A DNA stretch of 64,000 nt from Lytechinus pictus (lineage: Eukaryota). The notes under the pieces were generated by a model. That model was not told the origin of the DNA. It ran no database searches and saw only the letters and a list, made by a program, of their open reading frames with translations. Below are positions 39,107 to 52,712 of this stretch, piece after piece (the stretch's first letter is position 1; every line of letters starts with the position of its first letter). The stretch covers positions 17,548,001 to 17,612,000 of the forward strand of contig NC_087251.1 in NCBI RefSeq assembly GCF_037042905.1, given 5' to 3'. A program made the position numbers and the translations under genes.

Positions 39107-41488
39107 AACTCCTCAAAAAAAGTTTAGAAATCTGATTTTGATCGATAATCCCTCCTCAGTTTTAGTAAATATCAATGTGTAATTAATATTAATGAATAGA
39201 TAATTTAATTCTCTTTAAAATGATGATACCCTACATGATATGATTATGGTTCACATGGAGGTGCAGTGCCTTGAAATGCATGAAATGTGGGGGAAGGTCA
39301 AAATTCAAAAGTTGCAAAATGACACAATATTGAAAGTCACTGTTCTTTTCTCCGTGGTGATGTGTGAGTTTTTCAGCGGTTTCTTTTAATTGTTTTCATG
39401 CACCATAACATCAACATTAACATGGAACCAAACACACTTCTGCACAAGCAAATACATAACAAACAAACATGCACTAAGACTCAAACCCAGGCGCGTAGCC
39501 AGGGGGGGCGGTGGGGGCGGTCGCCCCCCCCCAAACGTCCCCAAAAAGAAAAAAGAAGGGAAAAAGAGAGGAGAAAAGGAAAAGGGAAGAAAGGTTGTTT
39601 TTTTTTCTTTTCATTCTTTATTTTTTTTTTCTCAAAAGAGAAACTCCTTCACTCTTGCTCTAAATTTATATATGAATTTTGCTCCCGCGCTGCGCGCGGT
39701 TAATGACAATAGTGAAGTTCTCCATTGTTTCCCCCACCCTTTCTCTAACCCTGTTTTTCCACCTCAGTCTATATGTGTTTCTTGCCAGTTAAAGTTCAAA
39801 TGTATACATTAGGGCGTGGAATTAGAGTAAGGTTAGGCTGAAGTATATGAAGTTATCTTTTTTTAATTGATCGCGCAACTTCTGGTCGGGTCGGCTCCGG
39901 GCGGGTAAAATCTTTATATCAATTTCTGCCGTCACCTCCATAAAGTCAACTACTCCCGCTTTTCAGCTCATTACTAAACAACCATATTTTGGGGGCAAAC
40001 ATGTTCCTAATTTAAAAAGAGGAATGTATAAAATTCGTGTCGTATTAAATAAAAAAGTACAATATTTTTTTATCAAATTCTATTAATCTTCATGTCATTT
40101 CCCTGCACATTCATCTCCTGTCCTATTTTGCGCCCTCAGTTTGAAATTTTGAATGACACTTAGGTTTCTTTATAATTCAAAATGAAGCGCTTCAGGATAA
40201 GTCAAAGAAATTAGGCATCCTTTTTTATATAATTTCAATAAATCACAGAAGTTTCAACTTTTTGCGCACTATTTTCCTTGAAATGAAGTTCAATAATCTT
40301 AGGAAATAAATTGAATTAGAGCCGATGGGGTATTAGAGATATCTGCATTTGATGAAACGTCCGCCCTTTGAAATTTCAGAGTTTTATTGCTCTGCGCGGG
40401 GAGGAATATCTTCCTCCCGGCATATACACTTCTTCTCCTCTGTTTTGCGAGTTAAAGATATGCACTGTCGCTAAATTGTTTGTAATCAAATCTGATCTTT
40501 CCAAGGGAAGTATTCAATATATCTTTGAGAATACCCTTTTTTCGGGACCCTTTTCATGGCAAAAAAAATTGATAAAACGCTTTAGCTTCCCCGCTTTGCG
40601 CGGGGTTATTATGATTTTAATTTCCTCCATTGTATTCCTTTTTGTGCGTTCACAATCACTTTTGAAAACAAGGTTCAAAATCACAATAAAGTCAACTGAA
40701 TTGGAGCTGATATAGGTACTAGAGACAAGAGAGACGGCTCCTTTTCATTTTAATTTATGAAACACCAAAAGCTTCGCGCTCCGCGCGGGAGGGGGAAACT
40801 CCCCCTCCCCTGCACCCACCCCCTAGGGAACGCGCTTCGCGCGCTCTGTAAGTGTTGGCACGCTTCGCGTGCATTTACCGCCCCCTCCAAAATGAAATCC
40901 TGGCTACGCGGTTGCTACATGGTTTGAGTCAAACTATGTTATCTCACAGAACCATCACTACATAAACCACAACAAAACATAGAAAATGAAGAAGCAAGGG
41001 CTTGATCGATTTGAATGGATTTTCATCTCTCTTGACATACAGACAAAAGAATCATGTTCTGTATTGACCCTCATGACTATTTCTGCTCGTTTTGCAGCTT
41101 TTTAATTCAGACCTCATCCAACACCTTATGAACCTGCTCTTTTTGTGATGGCATGCTCATAACAAGCATGGTATCATTTAAAGACAATTAAATGATCTTT
41201 TGAATGATATCAAATATGCATTATGTAAAATTGGAAGTTGGGAGAAATTAATGGCCAAACTCAGATTTTCAAACGTTTTTTGCTCGTTTTGCAGCTTTTC
41301 AATTCATACCTCATCCAACACTTTTGAATCCTGCTCTTTTTGTGATGGCATGCTCATAAAAAGCATGGTATTATTCTAAAGAAAATTAAATGATCTTTTG
41401 AATGATGTCAAATATGCATTGTGTCAAATTGGGAGTTAGGAGAAACTAATGACCAAACTCAGGTTTCCAAACTTTTTTTGAGGGGTTT
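39107..41488. mobile_element. Tc1/mariner-like non-autonomous element with a nested GCGTAGCCAGG-TIR element (about 39488-40914)
   Basis: TIR ACTCCTCAAAAAAAGTTTAGAAA / TTTCCAAACTTTTTTTGAGGGGT; internal ~198-bp tandem duplication at 41081-41478. Confidence 0.7.
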
Positions 41489-42991
41489 ACTATATCGTAG
41501 TGTGTAATTGAATTTTTCAGACGAGTATATCAATCAGGTATGATCATTATACCTTTAGACCAACCTTTAAAATGTAACCATCCAAAAGACATGACCAAGG
41601 CTCGAACCTCTGCATCAATTTGTAACTAACCCACTGAACTATATCTCCCCCACATATAGTTTGGATTTAATACGGCAGGCGCACGCCAAAACGCTTAGTA
41701 TATATACAGACCTACGTATTATAAGCCTAAACCCGAGGAGCAGGGACATAGAAATGTATGGTATGGGTTCTTCAGTTTCATAAATCTGCTCCGAACATTG
41801 ACATTAATTGACAGAAAACATGAAAATAACATATGCAACATTGAAGATTGTGAACTACAGGAAGAGATAAATGAGTGTAAATTTTATCTTGAAGCTGATT
41901 CCAGGCTCTTATCTGATTCAGTTGATAATGATTTTAGTCTCTTACATTTAAATGCACGCAGTTTGAATAAGAACTTTTGTGAAATAGCTGATTTTATTAT
42001 CTTTTTCATTTTCTGTATTATGGTTTCTATGAAATATGGATTCATTGTAAAACTCTAATGCTTTTTAACTAAGAAGGATATTCATCTGTACACTCCGATC
42101 GCGATGATGGTAGAGGAGGAGTAGCGTTATTGGTTTCAAATACATTAAATTCTAAAATCAGAAATGATATATATATTGATTACGATGGATGATATTTATC
42201 GAAATTATTGTTCAATCAGGGAAAAAAGTTATTGTTGGAATCATGTACAGGCAACCAAAGAGCAAAATTGACAGTGTATTAATGAATTCGATAAATGTAT
42301 TCAGGAGCTTAGTAAAGAATATAAACTCATTTCATTCATTTCATTTATTGGTTTCTGCAACACTTTTTCATAAACACATTAACAAAGAAAATACAATAAT
42401 AATAACTGACAAGCAAAACATTGCACATAATTGCACTTTCTATTAATATATATCGATTGTTAGAAGGTTGCAGGGGTTGCCACTATAAGCTCAGCTTGAC
42501 TGCGTGGCAACCCCATAAAACAATAGTTATTATTCATCCAACATAATTAACGTAAGGGTGCGGGTGCAAAATGACGGGGGCGCTTGATCCTCACAATGTA
42601 TTTTTTATTTTGATTCTTGTTTTTTTTTCTTGTTTTGGAAATTATGTGTTTCATAAGATGAAGAGAAAGAGCACTTTTAAACTTAACTCTGTGAATATTT
42701 ATTCAATAATAAAGTTTTAATACATTTTTTAAGGGAGAAATGAATCTTAACTGTTTTAGTGAATCTGGCAATGTATTCCATATGTCAGGCCCATGATGTC
42801 TAAGTGTTTTATGTGCTAATATAGTGTTCTAGGATTGTCTAAGTGAATATTCTGACAAGTCCGTGTTGGGTATGAATGTAAGTTGCTATTATATGAAAAT
42901 AAATCGGTAGACACAGGAGGAACCAGTTTGTAATGATATTTATACATAAAAATAGCTATTTGTATAGTATTTATATCATATATCTTATACG

Positions 42992-43146
42992 TGTAACATA
43001 CTCAGAAGAACACGTCATGACACAAGCTCTGCCAGTTCAAGTGTGTTTAATGCGCAATGCGACTTCGCTAACGCTACACAGTAAATTCAATCATGTGGAC
43101 ACCTGTTGGTGCTATGTCGGTAACCATGCCATTCACATACCTTACA
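42992..43146 (-). repeat. 3' LTR of Gypsy element
   Basis: Direct repeat of 48081-48235 with 2 substitutions seen by eye; polypurine tract adjacent at 43147-43160. Confidence 0.97.
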
Positions 43147-43762
43147 CTGCTTCCCCTTTAAACAGGTGGATTCCTCGACACTATAAATTCGCAATGTTTT
43201 GAAAATAACATAATATACCAGCAAGTAATCTGAACAGTAAATTTCACAATTCAATATCATGTTTCCCTTTTTTTTTTAAAGTAGGCTATGCATCTTATAG
43301 CTATTTGTTTTAGAAAATGTTGAACATAAAGAGCAATAATTTCTTTTGATTATTGAGGGTAATATGACTAAAAAGTAGCAAATATGATTCGTCTGTAGTT
43401 TTGCAAATCAAAAGGGTTTTTCAATTTCTCTATTATTTTAAAGTCTATATTATCCGCAATCTGACATTTCTTTATTAATGCTCATGAGTATCAAATAAAT
43501 CATAATTACACGTATAAATGCAATGTACTTCAAGGTTAATTCTTTATAGTAATAATATACTGAATAAAACTTTTTAACTTTTCAACCTCTCTATCCTCCC
43601 TTCTAATAGATCAATACATTTTAACAGAGATATAATGTATGCATTAGAAAAATAACCATACTGTTGTATGTGTTTGAAATTAAATATTCCACATATAATT
43701 ATCTCACCTTGCTTGCATGTCGTGTTATAAATTACACGTGTTAACACTTGTTAACTCATGCT

Positions 43763-46700
43763 TTATTTTGAATAAATTAACCTGTCAATTGGTTTACGGA
43801 GTCTATGTGATCTTCGAGGTGGATGTGGTGAAAGCTTTTGAGTAGCCCCGGGTGTAGCCCCTGGCTGTACATCTGTACTTGGGCCGCTTGTACTTTTGAC
43901 TGGGGATTTCTCTATTCCCACTTCAGAATTTAACTGCTGAGACTGTGCGGAGTCTGGCAATGAAATTAAATCAAAACTATCATCCAAATCTGCATGATCA
44001 CTAGACTCTGGCAAACACTCTTGGTTATATTGGTTATCACTTGCTTTTAACATGTGATCTACATGAACACTCCGAACTCTACCACTTATATCAACTAGAT
44101 ACCTTCTACTACCACAAACAGTAACAACTTCTCCCAACTCCCATTTACCTTCTTTGTGTGGGGGAGCAAGGATACGAACGTTCTCACCAACATCAAATAA
44201 ACGATACCTACGACTACTCTTGAAATATCTCTTTTGACTTGATTGTTTGTTTTCTACTTTTTGAGATAAATCTGGTAAAATCAAAGTCTTGTTCTAAGCC
44301 TTCTCTTCATCAAAAGCTCAGCTGGTGTAAACCCAGTAGTTGATTGAGGAGTAGTACGATACTTCAACAGAAAATTGGCTAGTCTTCACTTCATACTAAA
44401 CTTAGAACTACCATCAAACACTTGCTTTTTCAAAGCTTCTTTCACTACTGTTACTGTTCTTTCTGCAGATCCGTTAGATGCTGGATGGTAAGTGGGAACT
44501 AAAATATGCCTAATTCCATTTTGTTTCATGAAAGTTTGAAATGCTGCAGAACGAAATTGAGGCCCATTGTCTGAAACTAACTGTTCGGGTAAACCATGAC
44601 AAGCAAAAATGGACCTGAGTTCATTCATTGTTTTCTCAGTTGTTGTATTAGTACCCACATGAATTACTTCTATCCACTTAGAGTGACTATCTATGAGAAC
44701 AAGAAAATGCTCATTATCAAACTCACAAAAATCTACATGGACTCTCTGAAATGGTCTAGCTGGCCAACGCCATGTTTCTAACGGTACTCTTGGTGGTTTG
44801 CTTCTGACATTTTGACAAACAGAACATCTACTAGAAATTTGCTCAATTTCTTTGTCAATACCAGGCCAAAACATAAATCCCCTAGCAACTGCTTTCATCG
44901 CTACAACACCTGAGTGCTGAGAATGAAGTTCATCAAGTAACTTATGTCTCAATGACTTGGGTATTATCACTCTATGTCCCCATTTGACACAACCCTGATC
45001 ACATGACAACTCAAACCTTCTACTGTGATATGGTTTCAACTCATCATACTGTTTCTGACCAACCATATAAAGTTTGTTCATACATGCACTTGTTTAAAAA
45101 CAGAGTCTTTCTGAGTTTCTGCAGCAATCTCTGTTGCTGTTACTGGAAAGTTACTGTCTACAACATCAGTTACATAGATACTACCTTCTGTACCATCTTC
45201 AGAATCTTCGTGAGGCAAACGAGATAACGCATCTGCGACAGCGTTCTCCTTAGAACTGAGATACTCTATGTTGTAGTCATACTGCGAAAGAAGTATTGCC
45301 CACCGCTGCATTCTTGATGCTGCCATTGTCGGAATCGATGACTTAGGACCCAACAAATGAAGTAGCGGCTTGTGATCAGTGATGAGCGTAAAGTTTCTAC
45401 CTAGCAGATACTGATGAAACTTCTTGATACCGAAAATGATACTAACGCTTCTTTCTCAATCTGAGCGTAATTACGCTCACTCTTCGTCAAGGTGCGTGAT
45501 GCAAATGCGATTGGCTTTTTTTCTCCATTATCCATCACATGACTTATCACTGCTCCGACACCGTAGCTAGATGCATCACAATACATCTTCAATTCACGCC
45601 TGTTATCATAGTGAACGAGAAGTGCATCACTGGTTAACATTCGCTTGCATTTCTCATATGCTTCCTGTTGGGCTTTCGACCATTCCCATTTCTGTTCCTT
45701 CTGTAGTAACTTATGGAGCGGTGCTAACACTGACGCAAGATCCGGTAGAAATCGCGAATAGAACTGAACCATCCCCCAAAATGATCTTAGCTCGGTCACA
45801 TTCTTTGGCTTAGGAGCATTGATGATTGGCTCAATTTTCTCTTTGACTGGTTGAAGCCCCTGTGAGCTTACTTTCAGCCCTAGGTACACCACTTCACTTT
45901 CCACAAAGGCACATTTGCTCCTTTTTAGCTTCACATTATGATCATTCAAACGCTTCAACACTTGCGCGAGCACATCAAGATTTTCATCCACTGTGGTTGT
46001 ATAGCTATCAATACATCATCTTGATTACACAAGCAATGGGGGATACCTTGAAGAATCTTATCCATTGTCGCTTGGAAGATCTTCGGTGAGGACTTAATTC
46101 CATATGGTAGTTTTGTGTAGGAATACAATCCCATATGCGTGTTGATAGTAAGATACTGCTGACTTTGCTGATCCAAGTTGAGTTGTGCATACGCGTGAGA
46201 AAGATCCAACTTCGAGAAAACTTTGGTACCTCCCAACTCTGCATACAAATCCTGCGATGTGGGAAGAGGATAACACTCGTCATCAACTGCTCGATTGACT
46301 GTGGTCTTATAATCTCCGCACAGACGAACACTTCCATCGGCTTTCGGCACCACTACGATCGGAGTTGCCCAGTCGCTGTAGTCTGTCTTTACGATGACTG
46401 TTTTTCTCAAGGTTTCTTAACTCTTTCTCAACTTCTTCTTTCAGTGCGTACGGTACTGGTCGCGGTCTACAGTAGACTGGAGTTGAATTCTCCTTGATTC
46501 TTACGTGCGCTTCCACACCAGAAATCCCTTCATAGCTGTCTTCAAACATTCCGCTATACTGTCGGAGTAGACTCTGCAATTTTGAAGACTCGACATGGAA
46601 CACGTTATTCCAATCTAACTTCAACTTAGTCAGCCAGTTCTTACCCATCAGTGTAGCTGTGTAGGACGATTCGTGTAGCTTGTTACCATCATGGGCAACA

Positions 46701-47850
46701 ACAATGTATTCCCTCCATGGGTGACTTCACATTCAAATTCACCACACAAGTCCAACTGCTGACCAGAATATGTTCTGAGTTCTAACGAATTTGGTCTCAA
46801 AGGTACATCACTGAAGTTTCTCTTATATGTGTCCTTACTCATAATAGAACAATCTGCCTGGGTGTCAATCCTCATAGTCAAGGATTTCTTGTTGATTACA
46901 ACTTTCTGTTTCAAACTTATTGATCGAATCTGTAGCATACACACAATACAAATTCAAATTATGCTGCATAGATTTCTCTAGATCAGTTTCATCCAACGCA
47001 TGAACTTCAGCATTACCGCCAGTTCGACGCGATTTACCTTTACTCGGTACACTAGCCTTTCCTCTATTTGACTTACAAGCTTTAGCTATATGTCCCTTCA
47101 TCTCGCACTTGAAACATTGTGAACCTTTAAATGGACATTCTTGAGGTGGATGATTTCTGGAATTACAGCGATAACAGTTTCCATGCTTTTTACTTTCAGC
47201 ATTAGAGGGTTTGGGTTTACCTCCACGACTAGTTGGTTTAGCTTTACGGGTGTAACTTTTCTGACTATTCACACTTCCAGCATTATGAACAGAACGAAGT
47301 TCACGAGCATATCTTAAGCCATCTCCATCGACAACGCAATTTGGCAGGCTTTATCAAAATCTAAATCTTGAATATTCAATAGCTTGTTCTGAATTCGTTC
47401 ATCAGCTAACCCGCAAACGAATCTGTCTCGCAAAGCTCTATTCAAGAAAGATCCATAGTTACAATGTAAGGATAAATTCTTCAAGGCAATGATGAACTCA
47501 CCAACTGTTTCACCTTGTTTCTGATTTCTCGTTCCAAACTTGTAACTTTCAGCTATCTCTAACGGCTTAGGATCGAAATGATTCTTCAACTTATCGATGA
47601 TGTCGTCAAATGTTGCATCTTTCGGCTTGCTGGGCGCTAACAAATTTGCGAGAGTTACGTAGATTTCTATTCCAATTTCAGTTAGTAAAATTGCCTTTTT
47701 CCGTTCCTTCACGAATTCAGCATTCTGGGAAGTTTCAACGATGTTATTGGCCATGAAAAACAGTTCCATACGTTCGACATATGAAGTAAAAGGTTCGCGA
47801 GCCTTCTCAAAGCTCCCTAACCGTCCGATATAGCCACTGGGCGTCGCCAT
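43763..47850 (-). pseudogene. Gypsy gag-pol, frameshifted in this assembly
   Basis: ORF pieces: gag (LRDRFVCGL; CYRC..H....C; CFKC...GH....C), protease IDTQA, RT (VRLCGDYK, LDLSHAY, NQDD), RNase H (CDASSYGVGAV, YAQIEKEAL), integrase (HHCC, VHVDF, SDNGPQF, SNGSAER). Confidence 0.93.
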
Positions 47851-48063
47851 GTTGTATCACGCATTGACTGAATACACGTGCGAATACCATGTGCGAATAC
47901 ACGAAGACTTCCTTCCTAGTTCCATCAACAATACGACGGTAATTTTAACCAAAAAATTTCACTTTATGACCTCAAAATTAGGATCAAACTTTTGTCTCAC
48001 AGATTAGCAGTCCCTTAACCAGCAAAATTAAGACTTTAAGGCTTTCGTAGACTCTTTTCTGAG

Positions 48064-48078
48064 CATCCTCGTCGCCAA
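48064..48078 (-). promoter_or_regulatory. Primer binding site, probably tRNA-Ser(GCU)
   Basis: Minus-strand TGGCGACGAGGATG just inside the 5' LTR, complementary to a tRNA 3' end ...CAUCCUCGUCGCCA. Confidence 0.8.
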
Positions 48079-48080
48079 TT

Positions 48081-48235
48081 TGTAACATACTCAGAAGAAC
48101 ACGTCATGACACAAGCTCTGCAAGTTCAAGTGTGTTTAATGCGAAATGCGACTTCGCTAACGCTACACAGTAAATTCAATCATGTGGACACCTGTTGGTG
48201 CTATGTCGGTAACCATGCCATTCACATACCTTACA
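48081..48235 (-). repeat. 5' LTR of Gypsy element
   Basis: Direct repeat of 42992-43146, followed on the minus strand by the primer binding site. Confidence 0.97.
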
Positions 48236-51200
48236 ATACGTTTTTAGACGATAAAAAAGTGGATCAGTGTGTGAAAGATATGTTGATTTTGTGCAGATCC
48301 TAACAGCTTTCTCTTGCAATAAAAGTAAATGTTCAAGGTTAGTTTTACTACAGTTTCCCCAAATAATGTTACAATAATTAATATATGGTAGTACCAATGC
48401 ATTGTATATTATTAAAAGGGAATGCTCGGGCAAAAAATACTTTAATTTGTATAATATTCCAGTTCCTTTAGCCATTGATGAGGATATATTGCTTACGTGT
48501 TGGTTCCATGATAAAAGTTTGTCTATTGTAATACCAAGAAATTTCACATATTTTTTTTAATCTATGGGCTCATTATCAATTACAATGTCTTGGGGAAAAT
48601 CGTCATTCTTATGAGTAGTTTGAAAATGAACAAAATGAGTTTTACTTATGTTTAACGATAACTTGTTACATTTAAACCAGGACGAAACATTTTTTAATTC
48701 CAAATTCATTTTATTAATCAATTCATCTAAATTTCTGTGAGATAATAAGATGTTGGTGTCGTCAGCATATAAAATAAACGAAAGAATTTGGGAAGAATTT
48801 ACTATATCATTGATATGTATTAAAAACAGAAGTGGTCCCAAAATCGAACCTTGTGGCACTCCACAATTAAGAAAGGACAGCGGAGATCTAATATCATTAA
48901 TAAAGACGAATTGAAAGATAACTTTTAATCCATGACCAGGCAACTCCACGGATTCCGTAATTATATAATTTATGTAATAAAATGTTATGGTCAATGTTGT
49001 CGAAGGCTTTACTTAGGTCCATAAATAAAGCGATTATATGACTTCTTTTTGAAAGAGAGTTAACAACATTATCAAGTTATTTAGTTATTGCAAAATCGGT
49101 TGAGAATTTTTTCTAAGGCCGAATTGGGCGGGAGTAAGAATTTTATTTAATGACAAAAAAGAATCCAATCGTTTGTACACAATTTTTTCCAATATTTTTG
49201 ACAAACATGGTAGAAGTGATAAAGGACGATAATTTGTAACTTTAGTCGGGTCATCTTTTTTGTAAACCGGGACTACTTTTGCTATTTTTAATAAATTGGG
49301 ACAACAGCCAGTAGAGAGAGATAGACTAAAGATATGTTCTAGTGGAAAGACTATGCTATATATTACATGCTTTAAAAGTTTTGTGCTGATTCGTCATATC
49401 CTTCAACTTTTTTAGATGCTAAGGCTTGAACTATCTTAAGTATTTCATGTTGATCTGTTGGAATAAAACACATTGTATTTGAGTTGGGCTCGGAGAGATA
49501 CTCAGTAAATTTCTTACCATCACTTTGTATTTTTGAAGCCAGGTCAGGACCAATGCCCGTGAAAAAAAGATTAAACGCTTGAGCAATTTCAAAAGGTTCA
49601 GTAAAGAATTTATTTTCAACTTCAAGTTTTTCAATTTTATCATGGGGTTTACTTTTGTTTATTAATTTGTTTATGACATTCCAAGTTGCATTCAAATTCC
49701 CTTCTGCGTTTTTTATTTCTTTTGAATAATATATTTTTTTCGAAGATCGAATTACGCCGGTGAGTGTATTGCGATACTTTTTATACTTGATAAAATTATG
49801 TTCAGATCTATTAGTTTATTACGTTTTTTGATAGACTGTAAAATTCCTCGTGTAATCCATGGATTTCTGATTTCATATTTACGCTTCTTGCTTTGAACAA
49901 GTGGTATATTTTTATCATAGACTTAGTAATAAGTGAATTTATCAATAAACAATTTATAAGCAACATTTGCATCATTTTCTTCCAAAACGTCATTCCAATT
50001 CTCATTGGTTAAATCTTCAATCAAAGCTGAAATAGTATTTATATTTTTTTTCCTGTATGTTTTTCTAATCTTTTCTTTATTTACACTAACATCATATTCT
50101 GAAGAAATAAAAAAATATTGGCAAATGATCCGTAATATCATAAGTAAAAACTCCACTATTGTTATCATTGCTAAAAGAATTTGTAAATATATTATCGATC
50201 ACTGTTGCTGACGTGGACGTTATTCTAATAGGTATGTTGATGCAAGGATGAAAAGCATATGAGGAAAGTATATTGAGAAATATGTTTGCATTATTATTGC
50301 TATTATGATTCCTTACTTTATTAGAGTTATTATAAGATGGTTTGTTATATAAAATATCTGATAAATCAATATTAAAGTCACCCATTATATAGATTTGTTT
50401 ATTTTCACGTGATATCGTATCAAGTTCTTTATCAAAATTATCGATAAAATTGCCGATGTTGTTATTAGGGGGTCTGTATAATGTTCCTACTATTATATTT
50501 TTACCAAATTTGTTTTCTACTTCAATAAAGAGAGTTTCTATGTCATTAATGTAAATGTCTGATCTTACTTTGTGTTGTAGTTTTGAGTTGATATACATTG
50601 CCACACCTCCTCCTCTGCCTCTTCTTCTATCAATATGTACCATGCGATAATTAGGTATATTGTATATGTCTGGGGAATGTGAACTCAGCCAAGTTTCAGA
50701 AATACCAATAATTGAAAATGAAAACGTGTTTAAGGAATTTAAAAATGTTTCTTCAGAGTCAAAATTTCTATTAATACTTCTTGAATTAAAATGTACAAGA
50801 CTGAGATTATTGCACAGTATATCATCATTGTGAAATAACTTATTGACGTTATCATTTGATTCAAAAGCTGATACAAATTCTTGGGAGGTATAATAACTGC
50901 AATTTCGAATATCATTCCTGTTATTTATTTGGTCTATTTCATCTAAATTAGAGGTCATTTAAAAAAGTAGGTGACACATGTAAGAACCAAGCGTGAGGGA
51001 AATCCCCCATAATATACATTATGGGGGATTTTGATATTGATATTTCTAAATGTGCTTATAAATGCAGTGTTTGTTTTTTACAGGTATTAGATTCATCACA
51101 ACTCTTACAATTAAGTGATTATAGACCAATATCTGTACTCCCATTTTTTCCCCCAAAATTCTTGAGAAAATTGTTTATAATCGTCTAGAAATCTTTTAAC

Positions 51201-52129
51201 GAAACATGCAAGATTTAATTCTTGCCAGTATGGTTTTAGAAAAAAAATGTATTCACTGAAATGACTCTTGTTGATTTACATAATTATCTAATATGTTCAT
51301 TGGATAAGAAATTGCATACTGTGAGTTTATTTTTAGATTTAAGCAAAGCCTTTGATTCATTGATCATACAATTATGTTAAAAAAGCTAAAAATATATGGC
51401 ATACGAGGTACAGTACTGGAATGGTTTGAACATTATTTAAAGAATCGAACTCAGATAACCTTTTACAATGGTGTTTTATCAGACCCAAGAAAGTCAAGTA
51501 TGGTGGGCCTCAGGGCTCAATTTTAGGACCGTTGTTATTCTTTATTGTATATAAATGATTTGATTAATTGTTCTAATAAACTGAAATTTATTCTTTTTGC
51601 TGATGACACCAATATTTTATTTAGTAATGCAAATTTTAATGACTTAAAGAAAACTATGAACGATGAATAGCAATATGTCTCACAATGATTTAATTGTAAT
51701 AAGTTATCACTCAACACATTGAAGTCCAGTTTCATTTACTTTTAATAGTTAAAAGCGAAAATTTAAGTACAGATGACCTATCCATCAAAATGAATAATGT
51801 CACCATAAAACGTGTGCAATCTGCAAATTTCCTAGGGGTTGTTATTGACTAAAATTTTAACATGGAGTGAACATGGTGAAAGAACATTATACGAATCATA
51901 TCATGTAGAATATCAAGGAATATTGGTGTCATCAGCAAACTGCACCATTTCTTGCCACAGTATATTTTTATTTTACTTTACAACTCGATGATTTTGCCTT
52001 ATTTAATGTATTGTAACACTGTCTGGGCGAACACATATACCACTAGACTCCTTGGATTGTTGAAATTGCACAAGAAGATTGTTAGAATATGTTGCTTTAC
52101 TGATTTTAATGCTCCCTCAAAACCACTTT

Positions 52130-52712
52130 AAAAACTGTATCCTGAAAAGGATATTTCAAAGCTGCAGAGAACTCAAAACTCTGCAGTCCGTCTAGTTTCC
52201 CTCACGAAAAAACACAACCATATAACACCTCCTCTGAAACAATAGCACTGGCTCCCCATTAAATTTCGTATACAAATTACAATGTTACTCCTAACATTCA
52301 AATCTCTTCACGGACATGCTCCAAAATATCTCTCTGAACTGATCCAGTCATACACTCCCAGTAATTCCCTTCGTTCTGCAAATCAAAATTTCTTAACGGT
52401 TAAAAAAGCAACGACTAAACTTTTTGGTGATCATGGTGATAGGTCCTTTCAAGCTCTGCCCCACGTCTTTGGAATACTTTTCCAGCTTCCCTTCGTTGTA
52501 TCCCAAATATCACATCGTTTAGATCAAATTTAAAGACGCATCTCATGAACAAAGCATATTCAACATAGCCCCATTTACAGTGTCCGTGATATATATATTC
52601 TTTTAAATATGATTTCTAATTCTCTTCTGTTTGTATATTTCTTGTGTTCTACATTGTAAAGCGCTTTGATATTGATTTCATGAAAAGCGCTATATAAGAC
52701 TTAGTTATTATT
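52130..52712 (+). mobile_element. L2-clade LINE 3' fragment
   Basis: KLQRTQNSAVRLV...HITPPL..HWLP...LTFKSLHGHAPKYLSEL...SLRS; 3' end aagcgctatataaga...ttattattatt. Confidence 0.8.

Larger units (their letters stand above)
42992..48235 (-). mobile_element. Full-length Ty3/Gypsy LTR retrotransposon (Mag/SURL-like lineage)
   Basis: 155-bp TG...CA LTRs at 42992-43146 and 48081-48235; 5-bp TSD ATACG on both sides; PBS TGGCGACGAGGATG; PPT AAAGGGGAAGCAG; gag with two CCHC knuckles, then protease, RT, RNase H, integrase in Gypsy order. Confidence 0.97.
42327..50999 (-). mobile_element. CR1/L2-group (Crack-like) LINE, ORF2 with APE endonuclease and RT, interrupted by the Gypsy element
   Basis: ORFs 50092-50958 (SETWL, GGGVAMY, YRPP, MGDFNID), 48557-48994 (GVPQGSILGP, YADDT) and 48176-48547; reading resumes left of the LTR TSD; (TGAA)n-type tail near 42330. 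Confidence 0.9.

Noticed and set aside
37968..39812. Lys/Gly-rich ORFs (37968-38351, 39390-39812, 39398-39703)
   Set aside because: Produced by poly-A and poly-G tracts of non-autonomous DNA elements.
42933..43202. Duplicated small ORF (also 48106-48303)
   Set aside because: Simply the two LTRs read on the antisense strand.
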